A DNA stretch of 50,359 bases, taken from contig QMPV01000004.1 in NCBI GenBank assembly GCA_003648765.1, positions 1 through 50,359 on the forward strand, in the 5' to 3' direction. The translations under genes were made by a program, and so were the position numbers. Source of the stretch: Candidatus Aminicenantes bacterium (lineage in GTDB: Bacteria; Acidobacteriota; Aminicenantia; Aminicenantales; Aminicenantaceae). Shown here in pieces: positions 9,057-18,865 of this stretch. The notes below the pieces were generated by a model. It worked only from the letters and a program-made list of their open reading frames with translations, was not told where the DNA came from and did no database searches. The stretch's first letter is position 1, and every line of letters starts with the position of its first letter.

Positions 9057-12000
9057 CTATTTTTTAGTCGGTGATTCGGCGGTAGTGGGAAGAATTATTA
9101 CTACTTCAGTCCCCCGAAATTCTTCACTGTCAATTTTTAATTGACCGCCATGTTCTTCAATGATTTTTCGGGCAATAGGTAGCCCCAAACCTGTGCCTCC
9201 TTCTTTAGTCGAGAAATAGAGGTCAAAAATTTGCTTTAAAGTCTCGGGAGGGATACCTCGACCAGAGTCTTTAATTGAGATAACTATCTGTTTCTGACTT
9301 CTCCTGATTTTTATCCAGATATTACCTTGACCGGAGATAGCTTCAATAGCGTTGGTTAATAAGTTGCGCAAGGCTGTTCTAAGTTTAGCTGGGTCGGCTT
9401 CCAGAGTGAAGTTATCGCCAATAAAGTCCAAGTGGAAGGAAATTCTGCCTTCGAGAATGGATTGGTAAGGTTCAATCAAATTAGTGATAAATACCTTCAG
9501 GTCTATTGGTTCTTTTTGCAGGGAAGCTTCTCTGGCCAATTCTAGGAACTCCTGGGCGGTCCGCCGGAGATTATCCACTTCAGAAGTGATGTAAGCAATG
9601 GATTGTTGAAGTACTTCTTCAAAGTCATCCCTTTTATCTTGATAAACTCGAAGAATATGCTCGGCTGAAAGTTGAATTGGTGTTAAGGGGTTTTTAATTT
9701 CATGGGCTACTTTACGGGCCATTTCTGCCCAGGCAGCTTTTCGACTCATTTCAGCTAATTCTTGCTGGTGTTGTTTAAGGCTTTTAACCATGAAATTGAA
9801 GCGGTCGATCAGAGTTTTCATTTCGTCTTGACGCGGGTAGTAAATAGAAACTTCGAGATTGCCCATGCTGATTTCTTTGGTGGCTTGAAGAAGAAGTTGG
9901 ATGGGATGGATGATGCTCTGACCTAGAGCCCGAGCTAGAAAAGCCACAATAATGATGAAAAAGAAGGAAATAAGTAGGAAAAATTCAAATAATATCTGGG
10001 AGGTTTGGTTTAGCTCTTCTGTTTCTAAAGGAAAGGGTAGAGAAAGGAGGTAATAGCGTCCGCCGAAGGAATAAGCTGTGGTCAAAACCCGAAATGAATA
10101 GCGTCCGATTTTCTGTTTTTGGGTCACCAAGGGATAATGCTGATGACGAATCCGATAATAGACTTCACCGTCTAGCAACTCGGGAAGGAGCCCATAATCA
10201 AAAAAGTCGCGGCGACTGGAAGCAATTAACCGGCCCTCTTGATAGAGGTTGACATCAGAGGAAATAGCTGAGCTTATCCAAGAGACAAGGGTCTCAGGTA
10301 AAGAAGTTTTTTGGGTGGTTAAAGAGTCAGGTTGGAGTAAGAGGTAATCTTCCATTATTTTTTGAGCAAAGCGGGCTTGATTTTCAGTATTTTCTGTTAT
10401 TTTCTGGGAAAAAACACGATGAAAAAAGTCTTTGGAAGTAAGAGTAAAAAGGACCATAGGAATAAGGGCAATAATTAAGAAGGAGAGATAAACCCGGGTA
10501 GAGAAGGAGGGGGCCAAGGAGAGGGAAGCAGGTCGTTGAACTAGGATAAGAAAACCAAAAAAGAAGAGAGCTAAGAAAATGTAAAGAATGAATGTTTTTA
10601 AGAAAGAAGTCACCAGAGAGAATAAATTTTGTTGGGGAAGAAAAAAGGCATAAGTAAATTCTGATGATGGAATTAGATAGCCCCAATATTTTTTCCCTTC
10701 AAAATAGAAAGATTCCCAATGAGGTGGGGAATCCAAGTATTTAGTCATTTGATTAGGAGAGAGAAAACAATTGAGCCGGTGAGGGTTAAAGAGAAGGTGG
10801 CCTTTATTGTCCAGGATGACAAAGAAAAAATTTGTTTCAATCAGAGAAGGCAGAGGATTGCTCCGGAGAAGTTCAAAATAAGGATTGGCTGAATAAAGAA
10901 AAGGTAGGTTCCGAGGATCAAGAGAGAGAAAAAGCTCAACTCGGCCCAGATGCTCTTCAGCTGAAAAAAAGTCGCGATAAGCGATTAAAAAAGGACGCCT
11001 TTCGTTAAAAAAATTCAGGTTGGTGGTCATAATTTGCCAGGCCGGGCTAACAGGTAGTCTCTCTTCTAGAAGGAAGGCTTCGGGAACATTGAGACTGAAG
11101 TAAGACACTGGTACTCCTTCGGCATCAATTATTTCCAATCGTGAATACCAATTAAAGCGGGCCAGGGGCGTTTTTTCCCAGAGATTCTGAGCCAGAAAGG
11201 AATTTCTCGGGGAGAGAAGGAAGGAGCGAATCCGCTCTTCCTCTTCATCAATGGTGGCTGTAGCTTCTTGGAGGAGAGTTTTTCCCCAAGCGCTCTGCTG
11301 GAGAACCAAATGGGAGAGAGAGGTTTCGATGACTCGACGGCTGCGTTGGTTAGTTGAGGTATAAAGATAAGTAAAGGTGACCAAAATTAGGGCCGAGAGG
11401 GTAGCTAAGGCTAAAATTCTGGTCTTTACTTCTTTTGGATGGATAAGTAAGGAGAAGGCTAAAATTGCTAGTAGGATCAGCTCAGTTAGAGCTGGCAGGA
11501 GGCCGTGCTGGGAGAAAGAATAGAAAAAATATCCTAGAATAATGGTTAGAAAAAGGAAGATTTTTATTTTTAAGCGAAAAGGTTGGGCCACCAAAACATA
11601 GTGGAGGATAATCATCAGCAAAGTGATGAGACTTAAGCCAACCAAAAAAATACTGAAATGAAAAATAATGAAGAGAGGGTCAAGACGGAAAGTCAGGAGA
11701 TTGAGATTAATATGAGCCACCATTTTCTGGAGAAAAAAGGTGAAAAACCAGCTCCCGCTGGGAATTAAGCAGATTAATCCGAGTTGAAGTACTAACCAGG
11801 AGTGATGACCTTTAGGAGAGGAGAGGGTCTGAGGTTTAAGATGTAAATAGAAGATTAGAATAAGGAGAGTAATAGCTCCCCCAGCGAGTGAGGTTAGAAA
11901 GATGTCTAGAGGAGATTGGGTTAGCCCTCCCCAAGAAAGAAAGCCCCCCTTGGCGGGGGAGAAAAGGGAGAGATTCTGACATAAATAAGTTCTGGCCAGA

Positions 12001-12920
12001 AGAAGAGTCACGGCTCGTGAGCCCAAGATAAAACCTAGGCTGGCTCCTAAAGCCATGAGTTTTGAGGAGAGTGGAGATGGAGTAGATATCTCACGCGAGA
12101 AAGCTACCGCCAAGCAAATTAATCCCGGCAGAAATAAGAGGAGGGCGCTAGCAAAAAGGTGGCTTTTTGTCCGGGAATATTTGTTGGCTGGCGGAGGTGA
12201 GTTTAAGGTGACCGTGGCCAGAATTTTATTCTTCTCATTCCGTAAAGGAAAGAAAAGTGATTGAATATTCCCCTGGAGACGGGGTTGACCTAAGTATTCA
12301 TCTTGATAACGGGAGAAAAAATTTTCAAAACCGCTGACATCTTCTCTAAAGTCCCAGTAATCGATTCTGACTTCACTAGTTGGCCGGGAAGAGAAGAACT
12401 GATAGTCATCGAGATAGGAAGATTTAAATTGAGGATGGAAGGACAAGAGGCGATAATAGATCAGCATCTGGGTTGAATCTAACAAGATCGGGTGGACGAG
12501 ATAGACAGAAGATTTCTCTTTGACACAGACGCTAATATTTTCTTCGAGCTGTGGCAGTGAATCTTCGAGATTAATGACTTCGCCTCGCCAAAGGGTTAAT
12601 TGACCTGAGCGATAAAGAGCCAGGCCTTCGTGATTTTTTAAATCAATGGCCCGCTCGAAATAGTGATAAATATCTTCGGGATTGGCTAGCTGGGAGAGGG
12701 AGGGGAGTTGTTCCTTTTGCTGTTTGAATCTCAATAAGATTTGAGCCATTTCGCCTTTGATTTGACGCGAATGTTGCCGCAAGTGTTTAACGAGAGAAGT
12801 GGAGGTGGGTTGGGATAGAGGCTGGAGCAAAGCGAATAGCATCAGGAGAAAGGCTATTCCTAAAAAGAAGAGGCCCAATTTCAGCCAGAGCGAGAGAGGA
12901 AATCTTTTATCTTTGGCCAT
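9057..12920 (-). CDS. Very large multi-TM sensor histidine kinase (HAMP-HisKA-HATPase, NtrY-like transmitter)
   Basis: AWAEMARKVAHEIKNPLTPIQLSAE H-box, NLLTNAIEA, DSGRGI, GTGLGL; ~1000-aa sensory N-terminus. Confidence 0.9.
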   Translation of the reverse strand: MAKDKRFPLSLWLKLGLFFLGIAFLLMLFALLQPLSQPTSTSLVKHLRQHSRQIKGEMAQILLRFKQQKEQLPSLSQLANPEDIYHYFERAIDLKNHEGLALYRSGQLTLWRGEVINLEDSLPQLEENISVCVKEKSSVYLVHPILLDSTQMLIYYRLLSFHPQFKSSYLDDYQFFSSRPTSEVRIDYWDFREDVSGFENFFSRYQDEYLGQPRLQGNIQSLFFPLRNEKNKILATVTLNSPPPANKYSRTKSHLFASALLLFLPGLICLAVAFSREISTPSPLSSKLMALGASLGFILGSRAVTLLLARTYLCQNLSLFSPAKGGFLSWGGLTQSPLDIFLTSLAGGAITLLILIFYLHLKPQTLSSPKGHHSWLVLQLGLICLIPSGSWFFTFFLQKMVAHINLNLLTFRLDPLFIIFHFSIFLVGLSLITLLMIILHYVLVAQPFRLKIKIFLFLTIILGYFFYSFSQHGLLPALTELILLAILAFSLLIHPKEVKTRILALATLSALILVTFTYLYTSTNQRSRRVIETSLSHLVLQQSAWGKTLLQEATATIDEEEERIRSFLLSPRNSFLAQNLWEKTPLARFNWYSRLEIIDAEGVPVSYFSLNVPEAFLLEERLPVSPAWQIMTTNLNFFNERRPFLIAYRDFFSAEEHLGRVELFLSLDPRNLPFLYSANPYFELLRSNPLPSLIETNFFFVILDNKGHLLFNPHRLNCFLSPNQMTKYLDSPPHWESFYFEGKKYWGYLIPSSEFTYAFFLPQQNLFSLVTSFLKTFILYIFLALFFFGFLILVQRPASLSLAPSFSTRVYLSFLIIALIPMVLFTLTSKDFFHRVFSQKITENTENQARFAQKIMEDYLLLQPDSLTTQKTSLPETLVSWISSAISSDVNLYQEGRLIASSRRDFFDYGLLPELLDGEVYYRIRHQHYPLVTQKQKIGRYSFRVLTTAYSFGGRYYLLSLPFPLETEELNQTSQILFEFFLLISFFFIIIVAFLARALGQSIIHPIQLLLQATKEISMGNLEVSIYYPRQDEMKTLIDRFNFMVKSLKQHQQELAEMSRKAAWAEMARKVAHEIKNPLTPIQLSAEHILRVYQDKRDDFEEVLQQSIAYITSEVDNLRRTAQEFLELAREASLQKEPIDLKVFITNLIEPYQSILEGRISFHLDFIGDNFTLEADPAKLRTALRNLLTNAIEAISGQGNIWIKIRRSQKQIVISIKDSGRGIPPETLKQIFDLYFSTKEGGTGLGLPIARKIIEEHGGQLKIDSEEFRGTEVVIILPTTAESPTKK

Positions 12921-12921
12921 C

Positions 12922-13380
12922 TTAGCGGCGGAGACCTTTTATTTCTATTATTTCCCAGAGATTTTTTTCAGGTGAGGGTTGATGGTTTTTTTCTGAGGAA
13001 GGATAAGCTTGTAGAAAAAAGTAAACATCTAGAACATATCTCTTGTTGGTTTTTTTGTCTTGGAAAGCCCAACGACTTTTAAGAATGGCGGTTGGGGAGG
13101 GCTCTAAAGAGTAGAGGTGAATGGAATAAAATTCCTGCGTTTTAAATCTCGCGAAAATATGCTTGAAAATGAGATAAGTTTGTTCTGCTGAGAAAGTATC
13201 AGAGAAACTAAGGGGTGGAGGGAAGGAAAGATTTAAATAACGTTTTTCAGGGAGAAGATTTTTTAAGAGGGAGACTTTGTTAAGCAAAAAAGCTCTTTCT
13301 ATAGTGGCTAACGAGTCGGTGGCCAAAGCTTGGCCGGTCAGTCCCAGGAAAATTAAAGTTACTAGGAGAACCTTTTTCAT
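12922..13380 (-). CDS. Exported hypothetical protein
   Basis: Signal peptide ending GQALA; stop 1 nt before the kinase start. Confidence 0.7.
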   Translation of the reverse strand: MKKVLLVTLIFLGLTGQALATDSLATIERAFLLNKVSLLKNLLPEKRYLNLSFPPPLSFSDTFSAEQTYLIFKHIFARFKTQEFYSIHLYSLEPSPTAILKSRWAFQDKKTNKRYVLDVYFFLQAYPSSEKNHQPSPEKNLWEIIEIKGLRR

Positions 13381-13470
13381 TCATAAAGATATTATCATAC
13401 CGCTGAAAATTCCTGCAAGAAATTCTCTCCATCTCCCCGCAGCTCAACCAAGCACCCTTGAGGAGCTGGA

Positions 13471-13863
13471 TTATTTTTGATCACGGCTGGATATTTCCTG
13501 ATTAACTATCTCTTTTAGTTCTTCTCGTATTTGGTCAATTTTTTTCAATTTGCTGGCTATTTTGTCGAATAAAGACCGCTGGCTTTTGATGCCCTCTTGA
13601 ATAAGGAAAGCAGCGCTTTCCGAACGGCTCCGAAATAAGCCTGCCTCAACCAACATGTTAAGTTTTTGGTTACATTCGTCATTTACCCGAATAGTTAACA
13701 CAGTATTTCTGGAGGCTAAGGCTTTATCGATAACCCGGCGAATGGAGTCAGCTGTTTTAGCGGCCAATTTTTCCACCTGATTCCCAATATCTTCCAAAGG
13801 GGAAGAGGATTCGCTGCCGGCAGTGGCAGAAGATTGGTTTTTGGGGTTGTCTTGATGAGTCAT
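13471..13863 (-). CDS. Uncharacterised ribbon-helix-helix-type DNA-binding protein
   Basis: TVLTIRVND...LNMLVEAGLFRSRSESAAFLI resembles the CopG/RHH pattern; AGGAG RBS. Confidence 0.7.
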   Translation of the reverse strand: MTHQDNPKNQSSATAGSESSSPLEDIGNQVEKLAAKTADSIRRVIDKALASRNTVLTIRVNDECNQKLNMLVEAGLFRSRSESAAFLIQEGIKSQRSLFDKIASKLKKIDQIREELKEIVNQEISSRDQK

Positions 13864-13874
13864 CTTAGTACTCC

Positions 13875-13933
13875 TTGTAATTTGTAATCCTGATTTACAA
13901 TTACAATATAACGATAAGTTTTCTGGCTGTCAA
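13875..13933 (-). promoter_or_regulatory. sigma70 promoter with overlapping operator-like palindrome
   Basis: TTGACA (13933-13928)-17-TATATT (13910-13905); TTGTAA-T-TTGTAA-N7-TTACAA-TTACAA at 13875-13906. Confidence 0.75.
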
Positions 13934-14104
13934 GTCTGCTTTTCGGGTTTGCCTCCCTTTCTGGGAATCTAGTCCGGGTTAATAATGGAGTCGTGACTAA
14001 TTAATTTTCCAAGTGAGCCAATAAGACTAAGTTCCCCCTTAAATTAGAAAGAGATAAAGAAGGAAATTGATAAGAAAAATTAAGAGTTAATTTTTCAGTA
14101 TTTT

Positions 14105-14359
14105 TTAGGCTTCTTCTTTTTGTTCTTCCTTTTCTTTTTGTTCTTCTTGAGCCACTTCCTCTTCGAGTTTCTTGGTTCTGATAGCGTCTTTAATGCTACT
14201 AATGCCAGCAATTAAAGCAATAAGCCCTCCAAAAAAGAGAAGGGGAGGGATAGCCCCGAAAACTAACTCATAGAATTCTCGCCACCAAACGAAAATGACG
14301 AGATAAACTCCTCCAGCCATCGCAATTAAACCCCCGATAATCGCCAAGTATTTACCCAT
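14105..14359 (-). CDS. Small two-TM membrane protein with acidic tail
   Basis: Two hydrophobic helices; GGAGG RBS; TTGTTC-17-TATAAT promoter at 14441-14413. Confidence 0.8.
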   Translation of the reverse strand: MGKYLAIIGGLIAMAGGVYLVIFVWWREFYELVFGAIPPLLFFGGLIALIAGISSIKDAIRTKKLEEEVAQEEQKEKEEQKEEA

Positions 14360-14979
14360 TTAAACCTCCCTCTTTTATTATGGCGTTTGATCCCATCATG
14401 AGTTGCCCTGCGATTATATCAAATTCATTTCCGCAGAACAATACTCTAGAAGAAGGGTTGAAGAAGTTTTCATAAGAAAAAAGGCTTAAGGGAGTGAATT
14501 TCAAGAAAAAGAGAAACTCGTTCAAGCAAGTGAGGGGAGGGTTTATAATATTTTCTAGATCTTACTTGGTTCTAAGGGAAAAGAATTATTGGCAGAAAGA
14601 AACAAGAGTCAGGGCTGGCTAACTCTGGAAATTTACTAATTTAACCGGTAGAATGGAAAGGATTCTATTTTGGAGATTATTGATGAGCCCTAGGGAAAGA
14701 GGCTGGTCAAGCTTGTTCTTCTTGTTTATCTTTAAGGATTTTTTTATTTCAATATAAAGACTGATGAAGTTTGCTGATTTGAAAATTATCTCCTGGAGAG
14801 AGGTTGTATGTTTTTGCCAGTAGCTGCAGAAACCAGGCGGAGAAGAAAACTTCTTTGGGGTTCTTCTCTAGACGGAGTTTTCTGGATGATAAAAAACTCT
14901 GGGACTAGCCGGAGAGTCTTTATTTGGCCTCTGATATCTTCAGCCAAAATGATCTGCCGATTTATTTAGGTCGACACTT

Positions 14980-15567
14980 ATGGGTTTGAAATGCTTTATT
15001 TTTGATCTGGATGGCACGATTGTTGAAACAGATTATGATTGGGCCCGAATTAAGGAAGAGATAGGCACGGGAGGTCAGCCCATTTTGAGTTATCTCCAGC
15101 AACTGCCTCCTCCTGAGCGCCAAAAGAAGTACCAACTCCTTGAACACTATGAGAAAAAGGCCACAGAACGGGCCCGTTTAAGAAAGGGAGTCAAAGACTT
15201 TCTTAATTTTCTTCGCCAGAAAAAAGTTAAAATTGCTTTAGTAACTAATAATTCCAGGGGTAACACCGAAATTTTATTAAGGAGATTTGGGCTCAGTTTT
15301 GACCAGATAATTACCCGGGAGAGTGGGCTTTGGAAACCCTCAGGTCGTCCTATCCAATGGGTAATGAACTATTTTCAGTTTTGTCCAGAAGAATGTGCTG
15401 TAGTTGGGGACTCACTGTTTGATATTTTAGCCGCCAAGGAGGCTGGAGTGGAGAAGATTTTTATTTTAGCTGAAGAAGCAAGTTATTTTTCCACCTTTCC
15501 CGTCAAAGTCTTTGCTTCGCTGGCGGAGCTTCAGGAATTTGTCCGGAGAGAATATTTTCCGGATTAA
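14980..15567 (+). CDS. HAD-family hydrolase (phosphoglycolate phosphatase-like)
   Basis: FDLDGT, VTNN, KP and VGDSLFDI HAD motifs. Confidence 0.9.
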   Translation: MGLKCFIFDLDGTIVETDYDWARIKEEIGTGGQPILSYLQQLPPPERQKKYQLLEHYEKKATERARLRKGVKDFLNFLRQKKVKIALVTNNSRGNTEILLRRFGLSFDQIITRESGLWKPSGRPIQWVMNYFQFCPEECAVVGDSLFDILAAKEAGVEKIFILAEEASYFSTFPVKVFASLAELQEFVRREYFPD

Positions 15568-15858
15568 AAACCACCAATTTTAAAAATGGGCAGACATTTT
15601 CCTAGAATTTAGGTGGATGGGGCTGAAGTTGACCCAGCAGATTTGCCCAAGATTAAAGCTTCGCCTCAGGCAGTATGGGCAGATTGGATTATCTTCCCTG
15701 ACCTGAATTCTTGACCGAATTTAATTCCTAAACGAAGGCTCGAGCTGAAGAGATGAGGTCCGTGAGTGTTTTGAATTCAGGACTAAGGTCCTCTTGTGAG
15801 ATTATTAATCTAGCCCAATTGAAGTGTTGGTTAAACTCAAAGTCCAAACCAGGGCAAA

Positions 15859-15887
15859 TTGACTTGTCCGGGTGATTCTGTTATAAA
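15859..15887 (+). promoter_or_regulatory. sigma70 promoter of tRNA-Ile2 and the zinc-ribbon gene
   Basis: TTGACT-17-TATAAA with TGn extension, ending 10 nt before the tRNA. Confidence 0.75.
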
Positions 15888-15897
15888 ATTAATACTC

Positions 15898-15969
15898 GGG
15901 CCTATAGCTCAGCGGTAGAGCCACCGGCTCATAACCGGCAGGTCCCAGGTTCGAATCCTGGTAGGCCCA
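15898..15969 (+). tRNA. tRNA with CAT anticodon, most likely Ile2 (lysidine-modified)
   Basis: Cloverleaf with GGGCCTA/TAGGCCC acceptor, CTCATAA loop, GGTTCGAATCC. C4-G69 and C5-G68 fit TilS determinants; G1-C72 argues against fMet. CCA not encoded. Confidence 0.9.
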
Positions 15970-15990
15970 TTTTAAGAATGAGGCAAGAAT

Positions 15991-16740
15991 GTGGGTATCG
16001 AGTTCGAGAATTTAATTCGTCTACAGCAGATTGATAATGAACTGAGAGAACTATCTTCTTTTTTAGAAAGTTTACCTGCTCGCGAAAAGGATATAGATAA
16101 AAAGATAGAAACTGCCTCTGCCGAGGTAGAAAAAGCTCGAGAGAAGCTTTCACTCAACCAAAAAAAGCGGCGGGAGCTAGAAGGGGAAGCCCAAGATCTA
16201 AGAGAGAAAATAAAAAAATATAAACATCAACTTAATGAAGTAAAAACAAATTTAGAATATCGGTCCCTGCTTAAAGAGATCGAAGAAACTCAGCAGCGAA
16301 TAGATAAAATCGAAGAAGAAATCATCGCCAAATTATTAGAAGCTGATGAAATTGAAGAAGAAATAAAAAAGGTTTCCAGTGAGGTTGCCCAAGTCAAAGA
16401 ATTAGCTGAGAAAGAGAAAGAAGCTTTACACCGCCAACAGCAATTAGCTGAAGATAAAAAGAAACAGCTTCTGGAAGAAAAAAGTCAGTTAACTCCTCAA
16501 ATTCCTCCTGATCAGCTGGAGTTGTATCATAAAATTGCTGCTAAACGTCAGGGTATAGCCCTTTCCCCAGTCCATGACGAATTTTGCTCCCTTTGTCACA
16601 TGAGAATTAGGCCTCAGGTAATTAACGAACTCAAAGCAGGCCAAACAATTATTCTCTGTGAAAATTGTGGACGCATTCTTTATTGGGAAGAATTAAGTGA
16701 GGAGGAAACTGAATCTTCCAAGCAAGCAGTTAAATCTTAG
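15991..16740 (+). CDS. Coiled-coil protein with C4-type zinc ribbon (DUF164/CT398-like)
   Basis: LIRLQQID N-terminus, long coiled coil, CSLCHM...CENCGRILY. Confidence 0.9.
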   Translation: MGIEFENLIRLQQIDNELRELSSFLESLPAREKDIDKKIETASAEVEKAREKLSLNQKKRRELEGEAQDLREKIKKYKHQLNEVKTNLEYRSLLKEIEETQQRIDKIEEEIIAKLLEADEIEEEIKKVSSEVAQVKELAEKEKEALHRQQQLAEDKKKQLLEEKSQLTPQIPPDQLELYHKIAAKRQGIALSPVHDEFCSLCHMRIRPQVINELKAGQTIILCENCGRILYWEELSEEETESSKQAVKS

Positions 16741-16777
16741 CCAGCCGAGTTAGTTTTAATTTTCTGGATAACTAGCT

Positions 16778-18559
16778 TTAATCTTCTTGATAAAGAGAAT
16801 CAATTATATCTTTGTATTTTTCTTCGATTATTTTTCTTCTGACCTTAAGAGTAGGGGTAATTTCTCCCTTGGCCAGTTCAAATTCTCTTTCTAGAAGAGC
16901 TATTTTTTTGATTTTTTCATAGGAAGCTAGGTTGGGAGTGGAGCGGTCGATTTCCGCTAGGATAAAACGCTTTATTTCTTCATTGTTAACTAGGTCTTTT
17001 CGCGATTGAAAAGGAATATTGTTGAAACGAGCGTACTCTTCTAATTTCTCAAATTCAGGCACTACCAAAGCCGAGACAAATTTCCTTTTATCACCAATAA
17101 CTACCACATTGGAAATATAAGGGTTGGTTTTGATCATGTTTTCAATCGGTTGAGGAGCTACATTTTTGCCTCCGGCAGTGACGATGAGGTCCTTTTTTCT
17201 ATCAGTTATAACCAAATAACCTTCTTCATCCAGAAAGCCGATATCCCCGGTGTGAAACCAGCCACCGGCAAAGGCTTCCTGGGTTTCGGCTTCCATTTTG
17301 TAATAGCCCTTCATGACATTGGGGCCGCGAACAAGAATTTCGCCATCTTCAGCAATCTTAACTTCAACTCCAGGGATAGGTTTACCAACTGTGCCAGATT
17401 TGATAGCGTCGAAAGTATTAACGGCGACGACGGGCGAGGTTTCCGTCAGCCCATACCCCTCGAGAATGACCAGTCCAATGGCGTAGAAAAATTCAGCGAT
17501 ATCAGGTGAGAGAGGAGCTCCTCCAGAAACGAAGAAACGGACCCGTCCTCCAGTCCGCTCCAGAATTTTAGAAAAAACGAGCTTATGGGCCAGATTATAC
17601 TTGAACTGCAGACTTCGGGGCAGAGGTTTTTTAGCCAGTCGATAAGGGGAAGCTTTACGACCAATCTTCACGGCCCAGAAGAAAATTTTTCTTTTGAGAG
17701 GCGAACTTTCCAGGACATTATCCATCACCCGGGCGTAAATTTTTTCAAATACGCGAGGCACACTGACCATAATGTGAGGTCGAATTTCCAGAAGATTCTC
17801 AGCCACAGTCTCTACACTTTCGGCAAAAGCAATGGAGGCTCCCTTGTAAAGATAACAGAAGACCACCATTCTCTCCAAAACATGAGACAGGGGCAAGAAA
17901 GAAAGCACCGTATCTTTTTCTGAGATCTGGAAAAGGGGAGCGCAGGTGGTCACATTACTGACAAAATTCTGGTGAGTCAGCATGACTCCCTTGGGCACGC
18001 CGGTTGTGCCTGAGGTGTAAATAATCGAAGCGATATCATCAGGCTTAATAGAGAGAGCCATCTCCTTGAAGAGATGAGGATTTTTCTCATCAATTTTTTT
18101 GCCCAATTCGAGCACTTGCTGAAAAGTCAGAATATTCGAACCTCTCTTATCAAGGAAAACAATATAGGTGGAAATCTTCTTGAGCTTGTCTTTAATAGCT
18201 ACAATTTTTTCCCATAATTCAGGTGAAGAACAGACTAATAGTTTAGCGTCTGAATTATCCACAATATAGAGAGTTTGTTCTGGAGTTAGGGAAGTATAGA
18301 TGGGGACGGTAATCCCGCCTTGACACATGGTCGCCAAATCGACCATGACCCATTTTGGTCCATTTTCAGCCAGCAAGATTAATTTGTCCTCGCGATTAAG
18401 TCCTAACTCCCGGAGACCTAAAGAAAAATACCGGATTGTGTCGAAGGTTTCTTGGGTGGAAATGGGGTGATATTTGCCTTGGCTTTTGTAAAGAAAAAGA
18501 TCTTCTTTGGGAAAAGAGTGAGCGGTGTTTAAAAGAATCTGGGGAAGTGTTTCAACCAT
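16778..18559 (-). CDS. Long-chain fatty acid-CoA ligase (AMP-binding)
   Basis: IIYTSGTTGVPKG, EGYGLTETSP, FHTGDIG, TPTLKVRR. Start moved to ATG 18559 after GGAGG. Confidence 0.92.
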   Translation of the reverse strand: MVETLPQILLNTAHSFPKEDLFLYKSQGKYHPISTQETFDTIRYFSLGLRELGLNREDKLILLAENGPKWVMVDLATMCQGGITVPIYTSLTPEQTLYIVDNSDAKLLVCSSPELWEKIVAIKDKLKKISTYIVFLDKRGSNILTFQQVLELGKKIDEKNPHLFKEMALSIKPDDIASIIYTSGTTGVPKGVMLTHQNFVSNVTTCAPLFQISEKDTVLSFLPLSHVLERMVVFCYLYKGASIAFAESVETVAENLLEIRPHIMVSVPRVFEKIYARVMDNVLESSPLKRKIFFWAVKIGRKASPYRLAKKPLPRSLQFKYNLAHKLVFSKILERTGGRVRFFVSGGAPLSPDIAEFFYAIGLVILEGYGLTETSPVVAVNTFDAIKSGTVGKPIPGVEVKIAEDGEILVRGPNVMKGYYKMEAETQEAFAGGWFHTGDIGFLDEEGYLVITDRKKDLIVTAGGKNVAPQPIENMIKTNPYISNVVVIGDKRKFVSALVVPEFEKLEEYARFNNIPFQSRKDLVNNEEIKRFILAEIDRSTPNLASYEKIKKIALLEREFELAKGEITPTLKVRRKIIEEKYKDIIDSLYQED

Positions 18560-18826
18560 ATAACCCTCCGTCATAAGGTTGGACTCATTTTATTGATAAT
18601 CAAAGGAGAAAGTCAAGAATCTTCTGCTTCATTGTCGGCATCCTTATTTCCGTGAGAGAGGGGATCAGATCTTTAACTGTCATTTATTTTCAGTCAACTT
18701 ATCTAGAAATTTGGCAGTATTCATTGGGAGGCACATCAGAACATCATATTATTTTTATCTAAAAAAGAGACAAGAATTTTTATTAATTTTCCGATAAAAT
18801 AGGCTTCATTTTTCTTCCTGCAGGAT

Positions 18827-18849
18827 ATTGGGGTCAACTTGACCCCAAT
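18827..18849. repeat. REP-like palindrome
   Basis: ATTGGGGTCAA-C-TTGACCCCAAT with perfect 11-bp arms, flanked by CTGCAG on both sides; no U-tract. Confidence 0.7.
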
Positions 18850-18865
18850 TCAGCTGCAGAAATTA

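Noticed and set aside
18255-18263. DnaA box TTATCCACA / oriC
   Set aside because: A single box inside a coding sequence; no cluster of boxes seen in the window.
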